Assembly (NCBI GenBank): GCA_963676795.2
Contig: CAXXTB010000001.1
Location: forward strand, 832,001-896,000
DNA length: 64,000 nt
Direction: 5' to 3'
From: Geopsychrobacteraceae bacterium
Lineage (GTDB): Bacteria > Desulfobacterota > Desulfuromonadia > Desulfuromonadales > Geopsychrobacteraceae
Every line of letters starts with the position of its first letter. The stretch's first letter is position 1. The translations under genes were made by a program, and so were the position numbers. The notes under the pieces were generated by a model. It worked only from the letters and a program-made list of their open reading frames with translations, searched no databases and was not told the DNA's origin. Of the stretch, positions 21,833-31,612 are shown piece by piece.

Positions 21833-21848
21833 TGGCACGGTGTCTGCT
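21833..21848 (+). promoter_or_regulatory. Sigma54 (RpoN) promoter of glnK-amtB
   Basis: TGGCACGGTGTCTGCT, near-consensus -24/-12. Confidence 0.85.
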
Positions 21849-21902
21849 ATGAGGACCTTCATAAATGAAAATATGTGCTTTAGTAGCGAAGGCAGTTTCT
21901 AA

Positions 21903-22262
<360 letters not shown>

Positions 22263-22308
22263 GAACATCAACGTTATTCAAAACGCTATTGATAAGGAGA
22301 ACTAAACA

Positions 22309-23658
22309 ATGAAGAAAACAGCCCTGCTGCTCGCCGGTCTGCTGGCCCTGCCGGCCCTGGCCTTCGCCGAAGTCAGCACCGATGAACTCGCTTACGTCCT
22401 CAACACCTTTTCCTTCCTGGTCATGGGTGTCCTGGTCATGTGGATGGCCGCCGGTTTCGGTATGCTCGAGGCCGGTCTGGTCCGTTCCAAGAACGTCGCC
22501 ACCATCTGTCTGAAGAACATCTCGCTGTTCGGCATCGCCGGCATCCTCTACTACCTGATCGGTTACAACCTGATGTACGCCGGTGTTGACGGTGGTTTCT
22601 TCGGCAGTTTCGGTCTCTGGGGCGCTGACGACGCCGCAGCCGCAGCCGGCGACTTCTCCGGCGGCTATGCGGCCGCTTCCGACTGGTTCTTCCAGATGGT
22701 CTTCTGTGGCGCCGCCTGTTCCGTTGTCTCCGGTTGTGTCGCCGAGCGGATCAAGCTGTGGGGCTTCCTGATCTTCTGTGTCGTGCTGACCGGTATCATC
22801 TATCCGATCCAGGGTTCCTGGGGCTGGGGCGGCGGCTGGCTGTCCGAGCTGGGCTTCCTTGACTTCGCCGGTTCGACCATCGTTCACTCCGTCGGTGGCT
22901 GGGCAGCCTTAAGCGGTGCCATCATCCTCGGCGCGCGTAAAGGCAAGTACGGTAAAGACGGCAAGGTCAACCCGCTGCCGGGTTCCAACATTCCGCTGGC
23001 CACCCTGGGGACCTTCATCCTGTGGATGGGCTGGTACGGCTTCAACGGCGGTTCGGTTCTCGCCCTGGGTGATGCGGCCAGCGCCATCGCCATGTCGAAT
23101 GTCATGGTCAACACCAACATGGCCGCCTGTGGTGGCATGGTTGCCGCGATGATCCTGGTTCAGATCCTTTACAAGAAGGTCGACGTCACCATGGCATTAA
23201 ACGGCGCCCTGGCCGGTCTGGTTGCCATCACTGCCGGTCCTGACACCCCGTCCCTGGGTGCTGCGACCCTGATCGGCGCCGTTGGCGGTATCCTCTGTGT
23301 TCTGGCTGTTCCGCTCTTTGACAAGCTCAAGATCGATGACGTTGTCGGCGCCCTGTCTGTCCACCTGGTCGGCGGTATCTGGGGCACCCTGGCGGTTCCG
23401 ATCACCAACTCTGACGCCAGCTTCGTCACCCAGCTGATCGGCGTTGTCGCCACCGGCGTCTTCGTCCTGATCACCGCCAGCATCGTCTGGCTGGTCCTCA
23501 AATACACCATGGGCATCCGCGTCAGCGAAGAGGAAGAGATGCTCGGTTGCGATTCGTCCGAAATCGGCATGGAAGCCTACCCGGACTTCCAGCGCGTCAG
23601 CATCGCTGGCTCCAGCGGAATCTCAGGTTACAGTTCTTCGACTGTCAGCCGCCAGTAA
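22309..23658 (+). CDS. amtB: Ammonium transporter
   Basis: DFAGSTIVH, LWMGWYGFNGGS, NGALAGLVAIT, IDDVVGALSVH. Confidence 0.96.
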   Translation: MKKTALLLAGLLALPALAFAEVSTDELAYVLNTFSFLVMGVLVMWMAAGFGMLEAGLVRSKNVATICLKNISLFGIAGILYYLIGYNLMYAGVDGGFFGSFGLWGADDAAAAAGDFSGGYAAASDWFFQMVFCGAACSVVSGCVAERIKLWGFLIFCVVLTGIIYPIQGSWGWGGGWLSELGFLDFAGSTIVHSVGGWAALSGAIILGARKGKYGKDGKVNPLPGSNIPLATLGTFILWMGWYGFNGGSVLALGDAASAIAMSNVMVNTNMAACGGMVAAMILVQILYKKVDVTMALNGALAGLVAITAGPDTPSLGAATLIGAVGGILCVLAVPLFDKLKIDDVVGALSVHLVGGIWGTLAVPITNSDASFVTQLIGVVATGVFVLITASIVWLVLKYTMGIRVSEEEEMLGCDSSEIGMEAYPDFQRVSIAGSSGISGYSSSTVSRQ

Positions 23659-23685
23659 CGGCTTGGTCGAGACATAGGTAGAGGT

Positions 23686-23717
23686 AAAAAGGGTCGCTGT
23701 TTTCGGCGGCCCTTTTT
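23686..23717 (+). terminator. Intrinsic terminator after amtB
   Basis: AAAAAGGGTCGC...GCGGCCCTTTTT. Confidence 0.75.
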
Positions 23718-24082
23718 CGTGTATTGCCCCGTCTGATCCTGTTGGTCATGTCTTCGGCCTGGTCAATCGGTCGGATTTTTCCTTGGATGTAGGATGGCAG
23801 TTGGGCTATAGTTCTCAATTGTTGCGGGGCTTCATGGCCTGCCCCTGCCACTGAATTAGAAAGCGATTTCAGGCAGTTCGCCACTTTGCCTGAGTTTTTC
23901 GCTTGTGCCGGAAGTAGCGTTACAAGCTGTCCACGTAAAAGCAATACACTTCGCGGCGCCATGGATGCTGAAGCTTCCGGATCTGCAACCTGCCATCAGA
24001 TCTTGCCGGAATTCGCAGCCGTTGAGCCGTTTTTTCCGGGGCCGTTTTTTTCTGTTTAAGAGTATTTCTGTCGGAGGGGACG

Positions 24083-26224
24083 ATGGGGAATGTTCATTCA
24101 CTGAGATCTGCCTATCACAATGCCTGCGGGGCTGATTGCGATCAGCATCAGGGCTCTTCTTTTCTCATTCGGAGAAAAGTTTCGAATCATTCAACTACCT
24201 ATGTCAGCAAGAGCGTCAAGATCGTTCTCGGTTATGATCAGCAGGATTTTGCCCGCAACCCGGCCCTCTGGCTGAATATCCTGCACCCTGAGGATAAGCC
24301 GGTCGTTATGGCCAATCTCTTTAGCTTCAAGGGGGAGGGGCGGCTGGTTCTGTCCTACCGGGTCATGGATAATCGCGGCAAGTATCGCTGGATCCGGGAT
24401 GACCTGATGATTGCACCTGCGGCGTCGGGTGGTGAGCTGGTCGGATGCTGTATCGACGTGACCGAACTGAAAATTCAGGAAAAAAAATTCAGGCGAGCCC
24501 GGGCCCACTACAGTTATGCTCAGCAGATTGCGCGGCTGGGGAGCTGGCATTTCGACATCCATACCCGGCGTCTGCAGTGTTCCGACGAAGTCTTCAACAT
24601 CTGCGCTCTCAGTAATCGCTCCTTTCCCAAATTTTCCCACTTCTATCGTCAGATTCATGCCGATGATCGCCTCAAAGTCAGGAATACCTTCAAGGAAATC
24701 TTTAAGCTCAAGATCGATCAGGAGGTGGAGTACCGGATTCTCCTGGAGGACGGATCGGTGCGTTACCTGCTGCTGCGTACCGGGGTCGAGAAGAATTTTC
24801 TCGATATTATCACCGAAATAACCGGTGTTATCATCGATATCACCGAACGAAAATTATCCGAACTGCAGCTCCTCGAACAGAAGTCCGAGCTGGCCTATAT
24901 GGCCTATCATGACGCCCTGACCGGCCTGCCGAACCGCAGCCTGTTTGAGGAGATCCTCGACCGGGCCATTACCAAGGCTGCCGAGAAACACAATATCCTC
25001 GGCGTCATGCAGATCGATATCGACAAGTTCAAGAAGATCAACGATACCTACGGACATCATGCCGGTGATGATTTTATCAAGGAGTTTGCCCAGCGGATTC
25101 GCAAGACCTTGCGCCGGACCGACACCGTCTCGCGGCTGGCTGGCGATGAGTTTGCCCTGGTTATTGAAAGCCCGACCTCCCTGGAGGATCTCTCTTTTAT
25201 CGCCCATCAGATTCTCGGAGCCTTCAAGGAGCCCTTTGCGGTCGGCAATCACCAATACCTGACTCCCAGTATCGGAATCAGTGTCTATCCGAACGATGCG
25301 ACCGATGCGGACGGGCTTCTGCGCCTGGCCGATGTGGCCATGTACGCAGCGAAGAAGGAGCGCAACAGTTACAAGTTTTATCTGCCGGAGATGAATGCCA
25401 GGGCCGTGGAACTGCTCAACCTGGAAAATGACCTGCGCCAGGCGATTAAGAAGGAAGAGCTGCAGTTGCACTATCAGCCGCAGGTCGATATGGCCAGCGG
25501 CCAGCTGATCGGGCTGGAGGCGATGGTGCGCTGGCAGCATCCGACCCGGGGACTGCTGCAGGCCGAGGAATTTGTTCCCCTTGCCGAAGAGTCGGGACTG
25601 ATCCTGACGATCGGTGCATGGATCCTGCGCCGGGCCTGCAACCAGTTGCGGACTCTGGGGCTGAAGCCTGGTGACCGGTTTCGTATGTGCGTCAATATTT
25701 CGATGCAGCAGTTCCGGCAGCTCGATTTTACCGATCAGGTGGTGACCATCCTCAGGGAGACCGGTGTCGATCCGAGGCTGATCGAGCTGGAGATCACTGA
25801 GAGCATCGCCATGGAAAACGCTGAGGAGACGGTCAATCAGTTGATCCGTCTGCGCGAGTTGGGCTTTCGGATTGCCATCGACGATTTTGGTACCGGTTAC
25901 TCATCCCTGAATTGTCTCAAGCATCTGCCGATCAACACCCTGAAGATCGACAAGGAGTTTGTCGCCGATATTCTCACCGATCAGTATGATTTCGTCATCA
26001 TCGAGGCGATCCTGTCGCTGGCCAGGACCCTGGATATCGATGTCGTCGCCGAAGGGATCGAAAAGGAAGAGCAGAAGCTGCTGCTCAGCCGCCTCGGTTG
26101 CCGTCTGGGGCAGGGCTATCTGTTCAGCGAGCCCAGAATCTGTGAGGAAGCGGTCGCTCCCTATGTCAGTGCCGGCCTGGCGCCCTGGAGTGCCGGTGTC
26201 GCACCCCAAGGCGTCAGACCTTGA
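24083..26224 (+). CDS. PAS-PAS-GGDEF-EAL c-di-GMP signalling protein
   Basis: HPED/HADD PAS motifs, HDALTGLPNR, RLAGDEF, EAMVRW, DDFGTGYSSL. Confidence 0.92.
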   Translation: MGNVHSLRSAYHNACGADCDQHQGSSFLIRRKVSNHSTTYVSKSVKIVLGYDQQDFARNPALWLNILHPEDKPVVMANLFSFKGEGRLVLSYRVMDNRGKYRWIRDDLMIAPAASGGELVGCCIDVTELKIQEKKFRRARAHYSYAQQIARLGSWHFDIHTRRLQCSDEVFNICALSNRSFPKFSHFYRQIHADDRLKVRNTFKEIFKLKIDQEVEYRILLEDGSVRYLLLRTGVEKNFLDIITEITGVIIDITERKLSELQLLEQKSELAYMAYHDALTGLPNRSLFEEILDRAITKAAEKHNILGVMQIDIDKFKKINDTYGHHAGDDFIKEFAQRIRKTLRRTDTVSRLAGDEFALVIESPTSLEDLSFIAHQILGAFKEPFAVGNHQYLTPSIGISVYPNDATDADGLLRLADVAMYAAKKERNSYKFYLPEMNARAVELLNLENDLRQAIKKEELQLHYQPQVDMASGQLIGLEAMVRWQHPTRGLLQAEEFVPLAEESGLILTIGAWILRRACNQLRTLGLKPGDRFRMCVNISMQQFRQLDFTDQVVTILRETGVDPRLIELEITESIAMENAEETVNQLIRLRELGFRIAIDDFGTGYSSLNCLKHLPINTLKIDKEFVADILTDQYDFVIIEAILSLARTLDIDVVAEGIEKEEQKLLLSRLGCRLGQGYLFSEPRICEEAVAPYVSAGLAPWSAGVAPQGVRP

Positions 26225-26233
26225 GTAGACCGA

Positions 26234-26593
26234 TCAATTGAAAAACCAGCCTGTCGGATTGGGATGTTCCCGCTGTTGATCAAGCAGTCTTAAGCCTTTG
26301 ATGCAGCGGACCAGCAGCCAGATGATCCAGAACAGCATGATCAGGTACCCGACCAGAATGAACGACAGGATGATGCCAACGACCAGGTAGAGCAGGCCGA
26401 TCCAGAAGGTTCTTATCTGGAAGCGGTAATGGCTCTGCAGCCAGTGCGGGGCGTCGCCTTGGTAAACATAGCTGATCACGACCCCGACAATGCCGGTGAT
26501 GCCGAAGACGATGCCGACGATATAAAGAATGTAGACCAGTTTCGCCATTTTGGTGGACGTGGTCACTGGCGTGAAGTCCTGATAGCTATCCAT
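26234..26593 (-). CDS. Small membrane protein (DUF4870-like)
   Basis: SHYRFQIRTFW motif and three hydrophobic segments. Confidence 0.75.
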   Translation of the reverse strand: MDSYQDFTPVTTSTKMAKLVYILYIVGIVFGITGIVGVVISYVYQGDAPHWLQSHYRFQIRTFWIGLLYLVVGIILSFILVGYLIMLFWIIWLLVRCIKGLRLLDQQREHPNPTGWFFN

Positions 26594-26961
26594 TTATCTT
26601 CCCCTTAAAAAGAGTTCAATTGCCGAGTGCTGAGCTAACCTTGATGGCCAGACCTCTGAGGCCAGAAGGTCTCTGTCCGAACCGCACATTGTCATTGCTG
26701 ATCCCGTGACGTGCATTCATATCCAGTGTTCGATAACCGATTTCCCAGAAATTATAAACCTTTGGCGCTCAGCTGGCCAGATTATAGCGGCGGTGAAATA
26801 TATGTTTTGCCCGGACGATGCTCATATCTGCTTAATGCGGGAATTGTACTGATAGTTCCAGGTTGTCAAGAAGGGAAGAAATAATCGGGCGGATCAGGGG
26901 GGCTTTATGTATAATATTCGCTGGTTAAAATGACGTTTTCATTGTGTCGAAAGGGCATGCA

Positions 26962-27333
26962 ATGTCGAACCGTAAAACAGGATTGTCACGTCTGGTTGCC
27001 GCCTTTGGTTATTCGGTCAAGGGGCTTGTCGCCGCTTTCAGACATGAGGCTGCATTTCGGCAGGAAGTTCTGCTGCTGATTGTTGGCGTCATCCTGGCCT
27101 GCCTGTTGCCGGTCAGCAGCGTTGAACGGATCCTGCTGATCGGTTCGGTGGTGCTGGTGATGATTGTCGAGCTGATCAATTCCGCCGTCGAAGCTGTTGT
27201 TGACCGGATCGGCGAGGAACATCACGAGTTGGCCGGCCGGGCCAAGGATATGGGCTCCGCCGCTGTCTTTGTAACGCTGGTGCTGAGCGCCTTTGTCTGG
27301 ATTATGATTCTTGTGGCCAACTGGTCTCGCTAA
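26962..27333 (+). CDS. dgkA: Diacylglycerol kinase
   Basis: EAAFRQE, ELINSAVEAVVDRIGEEHHELAGRAKDMGSAAV. Confidence 0.93.
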   Translation: MSNRKTGLSRLVAAFGYSVKGLVAAFRHEAAFRQEVLLLIVGVILACLLPVSSVERILLIGSVVLVMIVELINSAVEAVVDRIGEEHHELAGRAKDMGSAAVFVTLVLSAFVWIMILVANWSR

Positions 27334-27386
27334 AAGGCAGATTGTTTGAACTGGCCTTGAGTTTTTGCTGATAAGGAGTGTGTGCT

Positions 27387-27761
27387 ATGGCAGGTGGTGA
27401 CGGGGCGGGCTCTTCCGTTAGGGGAAAAAATCATCTCTACATCCTCTGGACCAACGATAACAAGCTGACTGCGGAGAAGATGGTTTTTATGTACGCAGTC
27501 AATTCCCGTCTGCGCAACTGGTGGGAGCAGGTGACGATCATCATCTGGGGTGCGACGGCGCAACTGGTCGCTGACGATGTTGAGATTCAGGACCTGGCCG
27601 CAGGGGCTCTGTCCGCCGGTGTTCAGCTGTCGGCCTGCAAGGCCTGTTGCGATCAACTGGGGATAACGGAAAAAATCGAAGGGCTCGGAATCGAGGTCAT
27701 TCTATGGGGACAGCCCCTGACCGAAATCCTTAAATCGGGGGAAACCCTGATCAGTATCTGA
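27387..27761 (+). CDS. DsrE-family protein
   Basis: LYILWT, IIIWGAT, ACKAC. Confidence 0.75.
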   Translation: MAGGDGAGSSVRGKNHLYILWTNDNKLTAEKMVFMYAVNSRLRNWWEQVTIIIWGATAQLVADDVEIQDLAAGALSAGVQLSACKACCDQLGITEKIEGLGIEVILWGQPLTEILKSGETLISI

Positions 27762-27903
27762 CCATTACGGAATGGGCTGTCCGGCTGTCATCGATTGAGC
27801 GGCCACTTTACAAATTTCCGCCGCTGTCAATTGAGTACGCCGGACAGGGCGCAGGCGTATGTCTCTTTTCAGCACTGGTTCTTTTCTGCAAGAGCTTTTC
27901 TTA

Positions 27904-28437
27904 TCAGACATTGATGCTTTCAGCAGCGCTGATGTTGTCTCCAACGATGACATGGAGAAATCTGAGCGCAAAACGCAGGGTGATCGCCAGTGTGCCCAGA
28001 GGCATGGAGAATTTTCCGACCCACCAGGGCAGCTTGATCGCCGCCATCATGAATTCCAGTATTCTGAAGGATTCCCAGAAATGGAGGGCTCCGAACCAGG
28101 TCAGCAGTCCGAAGAAGGCGAAGCCGATGATGCAGTCAAGTCCTTCAGCGCTGTTTTTTAAGGGTTTGGGAAAACGGTCATAGAGGATATTGACGCGGAC
28201 ATGTCCGCCGGTATGCAGGGTATAGGCCATCGCCAGGAAAACGATATAAGGCAGAATCAATTCAGTTGCCTCAACCCCGCCGGGAATCGGAGCGTTGAAG
28301 AGATTTCTCATGGCGACATCAACGACCACCAGCAGCGTCAGGCCGATGGTGGCGATTCCGCAGATGATGACAAAAAACATTTCGATTTTTGCGAAGATAT
28401 CATCGACTTTCTGTAATTTTTTCGAGAATGTTCCCAT
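27904..28437 (-). CDS. TRAP transporter small permease (DctQ)
   Basis: Four TM segments, DVAMRNLFNAPI, GGHVRV. Confidence 0.88.
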   Translation of the reverse strand: MGTFSKKLQKVDDIFAKIEMFFVIICGIATIGLTLLVVVDVAMRNLFNAPIPGGVEATELILPYIVFLAMAYTLHTGGHVRVNILYDRFPKPLKNSAEGLDCIIGFAFFGLLTWFGALHFWESFRILEFMMAAIKLPWWVGKFSMPLGTLAITLRFALRFLHVIVGDNISAAESINV

Positions 28438-28523
28438 AGCTGTTCCTGTCAATTTGGATAAATTCTGAGTTTGGAGGGGAAGCATTGTCGCAGCGCTCCC
28501 CCTCCAGGGTGCTTCAGAAAAAG

Positions 28524-29600
28524 TTATTGCTTAACAGCCCATTCACGTGGCCATTCATGACCCAGTTCGGCAGTGATTTCCTGCCAGCGGGCGGCAATTT
28601 CCCAGCCCGGCAAACCGGCATCGGCCGCTTCTTTGGCCCAGACCGCCGGAGTGTCAGGAATGATCTTGGCCCATTTGGCGATTTCGCTCTTCGGAAAATC
28701 AAGCGCTTTGAGTCCTTTCTCCTGCATCTGTTTCATGACGATGTCGTGACGTTCCTTCAGGTAGTTCGCAACATAGAGCTCAGATTCCTTGCCAACCTCC
28801 AGAAGAATCTGCTGAATGTCTTCAGGCAGTTTGTTGAAGGAGTCGAGGTTCATCATGACATCTTCAGGAACAAAGGAGCCGAAGGGGATCTGAACGATGT
28901 AGTCCGCCTGCTCGTCGAGTGAAAAAGCGGCCTGCAGATCGAGCCACAGCAGGTCGGCATCAATAGTGCCGCTTTGCAGACCGACATAGCGTTCACCGGC
29001 CGGCATAACCACAGGGGCAACCCCGACAGGCTCCAGCCACTTGCCGAACCAGCGACCGACCAGGCCAATCTTCATCCCATTGAGATCCTCAATTTTTTCG
29101 ATCGGTTTCTTGGCGAGGAGCTGATAGTAAGGTGCCGTGTGGTTGGCGAGCATAATGGTGTTGAATTTTTTATATTCTTCCCTTTTCTCCGGAAACTCTT
29201 CATAGATCTGGCGTTTGGCCTTGGTGACCATGACAGGGTCGGTCGGGTTGAAGGGGAAGCTGTACTCAAAGTGACTGATGACAAATTTCCCTGGGAAGTA
29301 GAGGGTGCAGGTTTTTTCGATGTCGACCGCACCTCTCTGGATCAGTTCGAGTTGCCCTTTGGGTGGTGCCAGTGAGCTGGACCAGAAGGTCGTAAATTTG
29401 ACCCGTCCGTCGGTGCGCTTGGTGACCTCATCCATGAACCACTGCATACCGACCCCGGCTGCTGCTGGTGGTGGCGGCGCGTAGGAGTGCATTTTTAAAT
29501 TGTAAGTTTTTTCTTTTGCCGCTGCAGTTGAGGCAACGAGTAAAACCGATGCCATAAGAGCGAGACAAAGCACGAGACCTGAGCAAAGTTTTCTTTTCAT
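28524..29600 (-). CDS. TRAP transporter substrate-binding protein (DctP)
   Basis: Signal peptide, EVTKRTDGRVK, EDLNGMKI, ERYVGLQSGTID. Confidence 0.88.
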   Translation of the reverse strand: MKRKLCSGLVLCLALMASVLLVASTAAAKEKTYNLKMHSYAPPPPAAAGVGMQWFMDEVTKRTDGRVKFTTFWSSSLAPPKGQLELIQRGAVDIEKTCTLYFPGKFVISHFEYSFPFNPTDPVMVTKAKRQIYEEFPEKREEYKKFNTIMLANHTAPYYQLLAKKPIEKIEDLNGMKIGLVGRWFGKWLEPVGVAPVVMPAGERYVGLQSGTIDADLLWLDLQAAFSLDEQADYIVQIPFGSFVPEDVMMNLDSFNKLPEDIQQILLEVGKESELYVANYLKERHDIVMKQMQEKGLKALDFPKSEIAKWAKIIPDTPAVWAKEAADAGLPGWEIAARWQEITAELGHEWPREWAVKQ

Positions 29601-29668
29601 CTGTCTTCTCCTTACGCAAAGAACCAATAGCTATCCAGGATACTTACGGGAGTCTCCCGGCCCAATCA

Positions 29669-30988
29669 TCAACCCATCATAACGCTTGGGAAGAATAAAC
29701 TTATTTTCGGAAATGCAATGATGACAATGAGGGACAGGATCATGAGGAAAAAGAACGGGAATGATCCTTTGAAGATATCCTCCAGGCTGACATCCGGTTC
29801 GGCGGCTCCGTGAGCACCGTAGACGTTGAGTCCGACTGGGGGCGTAATCAATCCGCATTCGATGGCCATGACCGTGACCATGGCAAAATAGATCGGATTG
29901 ATGCCCATGTCTTTGATGATCGGGGTGAGGATCGGCAGGGTGATGCTGAGCATGGAGATTGAGTCCATGAAGCAACCCATGCCGAGAAAAATCAGGGCCA
30001 TCAGGCAGACAAAGGTGATATTGGAAAAGCCGGCCGTGGTGACCAGGTCGAGGACTTTCGGTGTGATACCGGAAAACATCAGGAATCTGGCGAACAGCCC
30101 GGCACCGAAGAGGATGAAGAAAACCATGGCGTTGATGACCACAGTTTCCAGCAGGCAGCTTTTGATGGTGACCCAGCGCTGTCCCTTTTCGGTAAAGATA
30201 AGGGTCAGGATCAACAGGACCGCTGCGCCGAAGGCCGCGGCTTCGGTCGGGCTGAAGATACCGCCGAGTATGCCACCGACAACGACCAGAAAGACCAACA
30301 GGATCGGCCAGATTTTCAGCAGCGAGGTAAAACGGACTTTCCAGCTGACTTTGGTTTTCTGCTCACTGCCGAACCACTGGGGGCGGATATAGGTCAGAAA
30401 GATAATGCCGAGGCTGAAGACGACGGTCAGGGTCAGGCCGGGGGCCAGGCCGGCGACCAACAGCTTACCGACCGATTCCTGAGAGATAATGCCGTAGATG
30501 ACCAGCAGAATACTTGGTGGGATCAGCATGCCGATCGAACCGCCGGCAGAGACGATCCCGTAGGCGATCTTTTTATCATAGCCCTGGCGGCGCATCTCCG
30601 GAGCGGAGATACGTGAAAAAACGGCAGCTGTGACCAGCGATGAACCGGTACAGACGCCGAAGGCGGTACAGCTGAGGATGGTTGAGATGCCGAGGCCGCC
30701 TCTAAGATTACCGACCCATTTGTGCAGAACGTCGTAGATGTCTCGACTCAAGCCGCCGACTCCGGCGAGGAGTCCCATGAAGATGAACAGAGGTAAAACG
30801 ATAAAGGCCTGAGCAGCGACGATGTTGTAGACGATCGAAGTCGACTGCCACATGGCGGCATTGAAGCCGAGCATGGCAATGCAGCCAAACATGCCGATCG
30901 CTCCCAGGGCCAGAGCGATGTGTACTCCTAAAATCAAAAAGATCAGAAGAAAGACGATGCCCAATATTCCAATAAGAAAAGGATCCAT
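29669..30988 (-). CDS. TRAP transporter large permease (DctM)
   Basis: LPLFIFMG, LIPPSI, FSPTEAA, LITPPVG. Confidence 0.92.
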   Translation of the reverse strand: MDPFLIGILGIVFLLIFLILGVHIALALGAIGMFGCIAMLGFNAAMWQSTSIVYNIVAAQAFIVLPLFIFMGLLAGVGGLSRDIYDVLHKWVGNLRGGLGISTILSCTAFGVCTGSSLVTAAVFSRISAPEMRRQGYDKKIAYGIVSAGGSIGMLIPPSILLVIYGIISQESVGKLLVAGLAPGLTLTVVFSLGIIFLTYIRPQWFGSEQKTKVSWKVRFTSLLKIWPILLVFLVVVGGILGGIFSPTEAAAFGAAVLLILTLIFTEKGQRWVTIKSCLLETVVINAMVFFILFGAGLFARFLMFSGITPKVLDLVTTAGFSNITFVCLMALIFLGMGCFMDSISMLSITLPILTPIIKDMGINPIYFAMVTVMAIECGLITPPVGLNVYGAHGAAEPDVSLEDIFKGSFPFFFLMILSLIVIIAFPKISLFFPSVMMG

Positions 30989-31267
30989 ACACACCTCGAT
31001 AAAATGGCAGTTGTTGACGGCTGTAAACAATAAACTGATTTGCAGCGGCAAACCGGGAAGCTTGGTCTGCTCGCAGTGTTTCTCCTCTTTCTTGATATAT
31101 AGATGGCGTTTTTGTTCAGAGAGGACGCGAGGCCGTTACTTACTTAGCGCTCGAAAACATCAAACAGAACGAAAACCGGAGCCATCTGGACCACGACAGT
31201 CTTGCTGTTAAATTGAAAATGAATTTGTCAATGGATCATTGAGGACTGTGGCAGTTCTATGTCAATA

Positions 31268-31294
31268 CATAACTGTCCGGTGAGGACAGTTATG
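31268..31294. promoter_or_regulatory. Perfect 11-bp inverted repeat upstream of the TRAP operon (operator or hairpin)
   Basis: CATAACTGTCC-GGTGA-GGACAGTTATG. Confidence 0.45.
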
Positions 31295-31612
31295 GTATTC
31301 GCTTACCAATTTAGGTAGTTGGTATGGTTAGCATTCTAACTAATATAGAGAGAGTATCTCATATGTGAAAATTGTCAACATTTGATACTAAAAAAATCAG
31401 TTGATGCCGGACCATTCTGGTACATCCATCAGGATCAGAAAAAAGGGCGGGCTTCGGGGTAATTCTATAGACAATGACAGAGGGGCTAGAAGCGACTTTT
31501 TCTGTTGCTCTGTAAGTTGAGTGCAGGAGATGTTAGCTCTTGCCCGTTGATGGCTACCTGAACGATGGCCATCAACAGGCCTGTTCAGGTACCTGATGTC
31601 ATCAGAATAATG

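Noticed and set aside
23720..24082. Cyclic dinucleotide (GEMM) riboswitch upstream of the GGDEF-EAL gene
   Set aside because: The conserved GGCAAAC / GAAA-tetraloop / GACGCAAAGC pattern was not found
24083..26224. Degenerate catalytic sites in the GGDEF-EAL protein (AGDEF, EAM)
   Set aside because: These variants keep the catalytic acidic residues and are common, so they are not evidence of novelty
26600..26940. Small ORF (34 codons, minus strand) or ncRNA between the DUF4870-like gene and dgkA
   Set aside because: Weak RBS, only one short hairpin, no recognisable family
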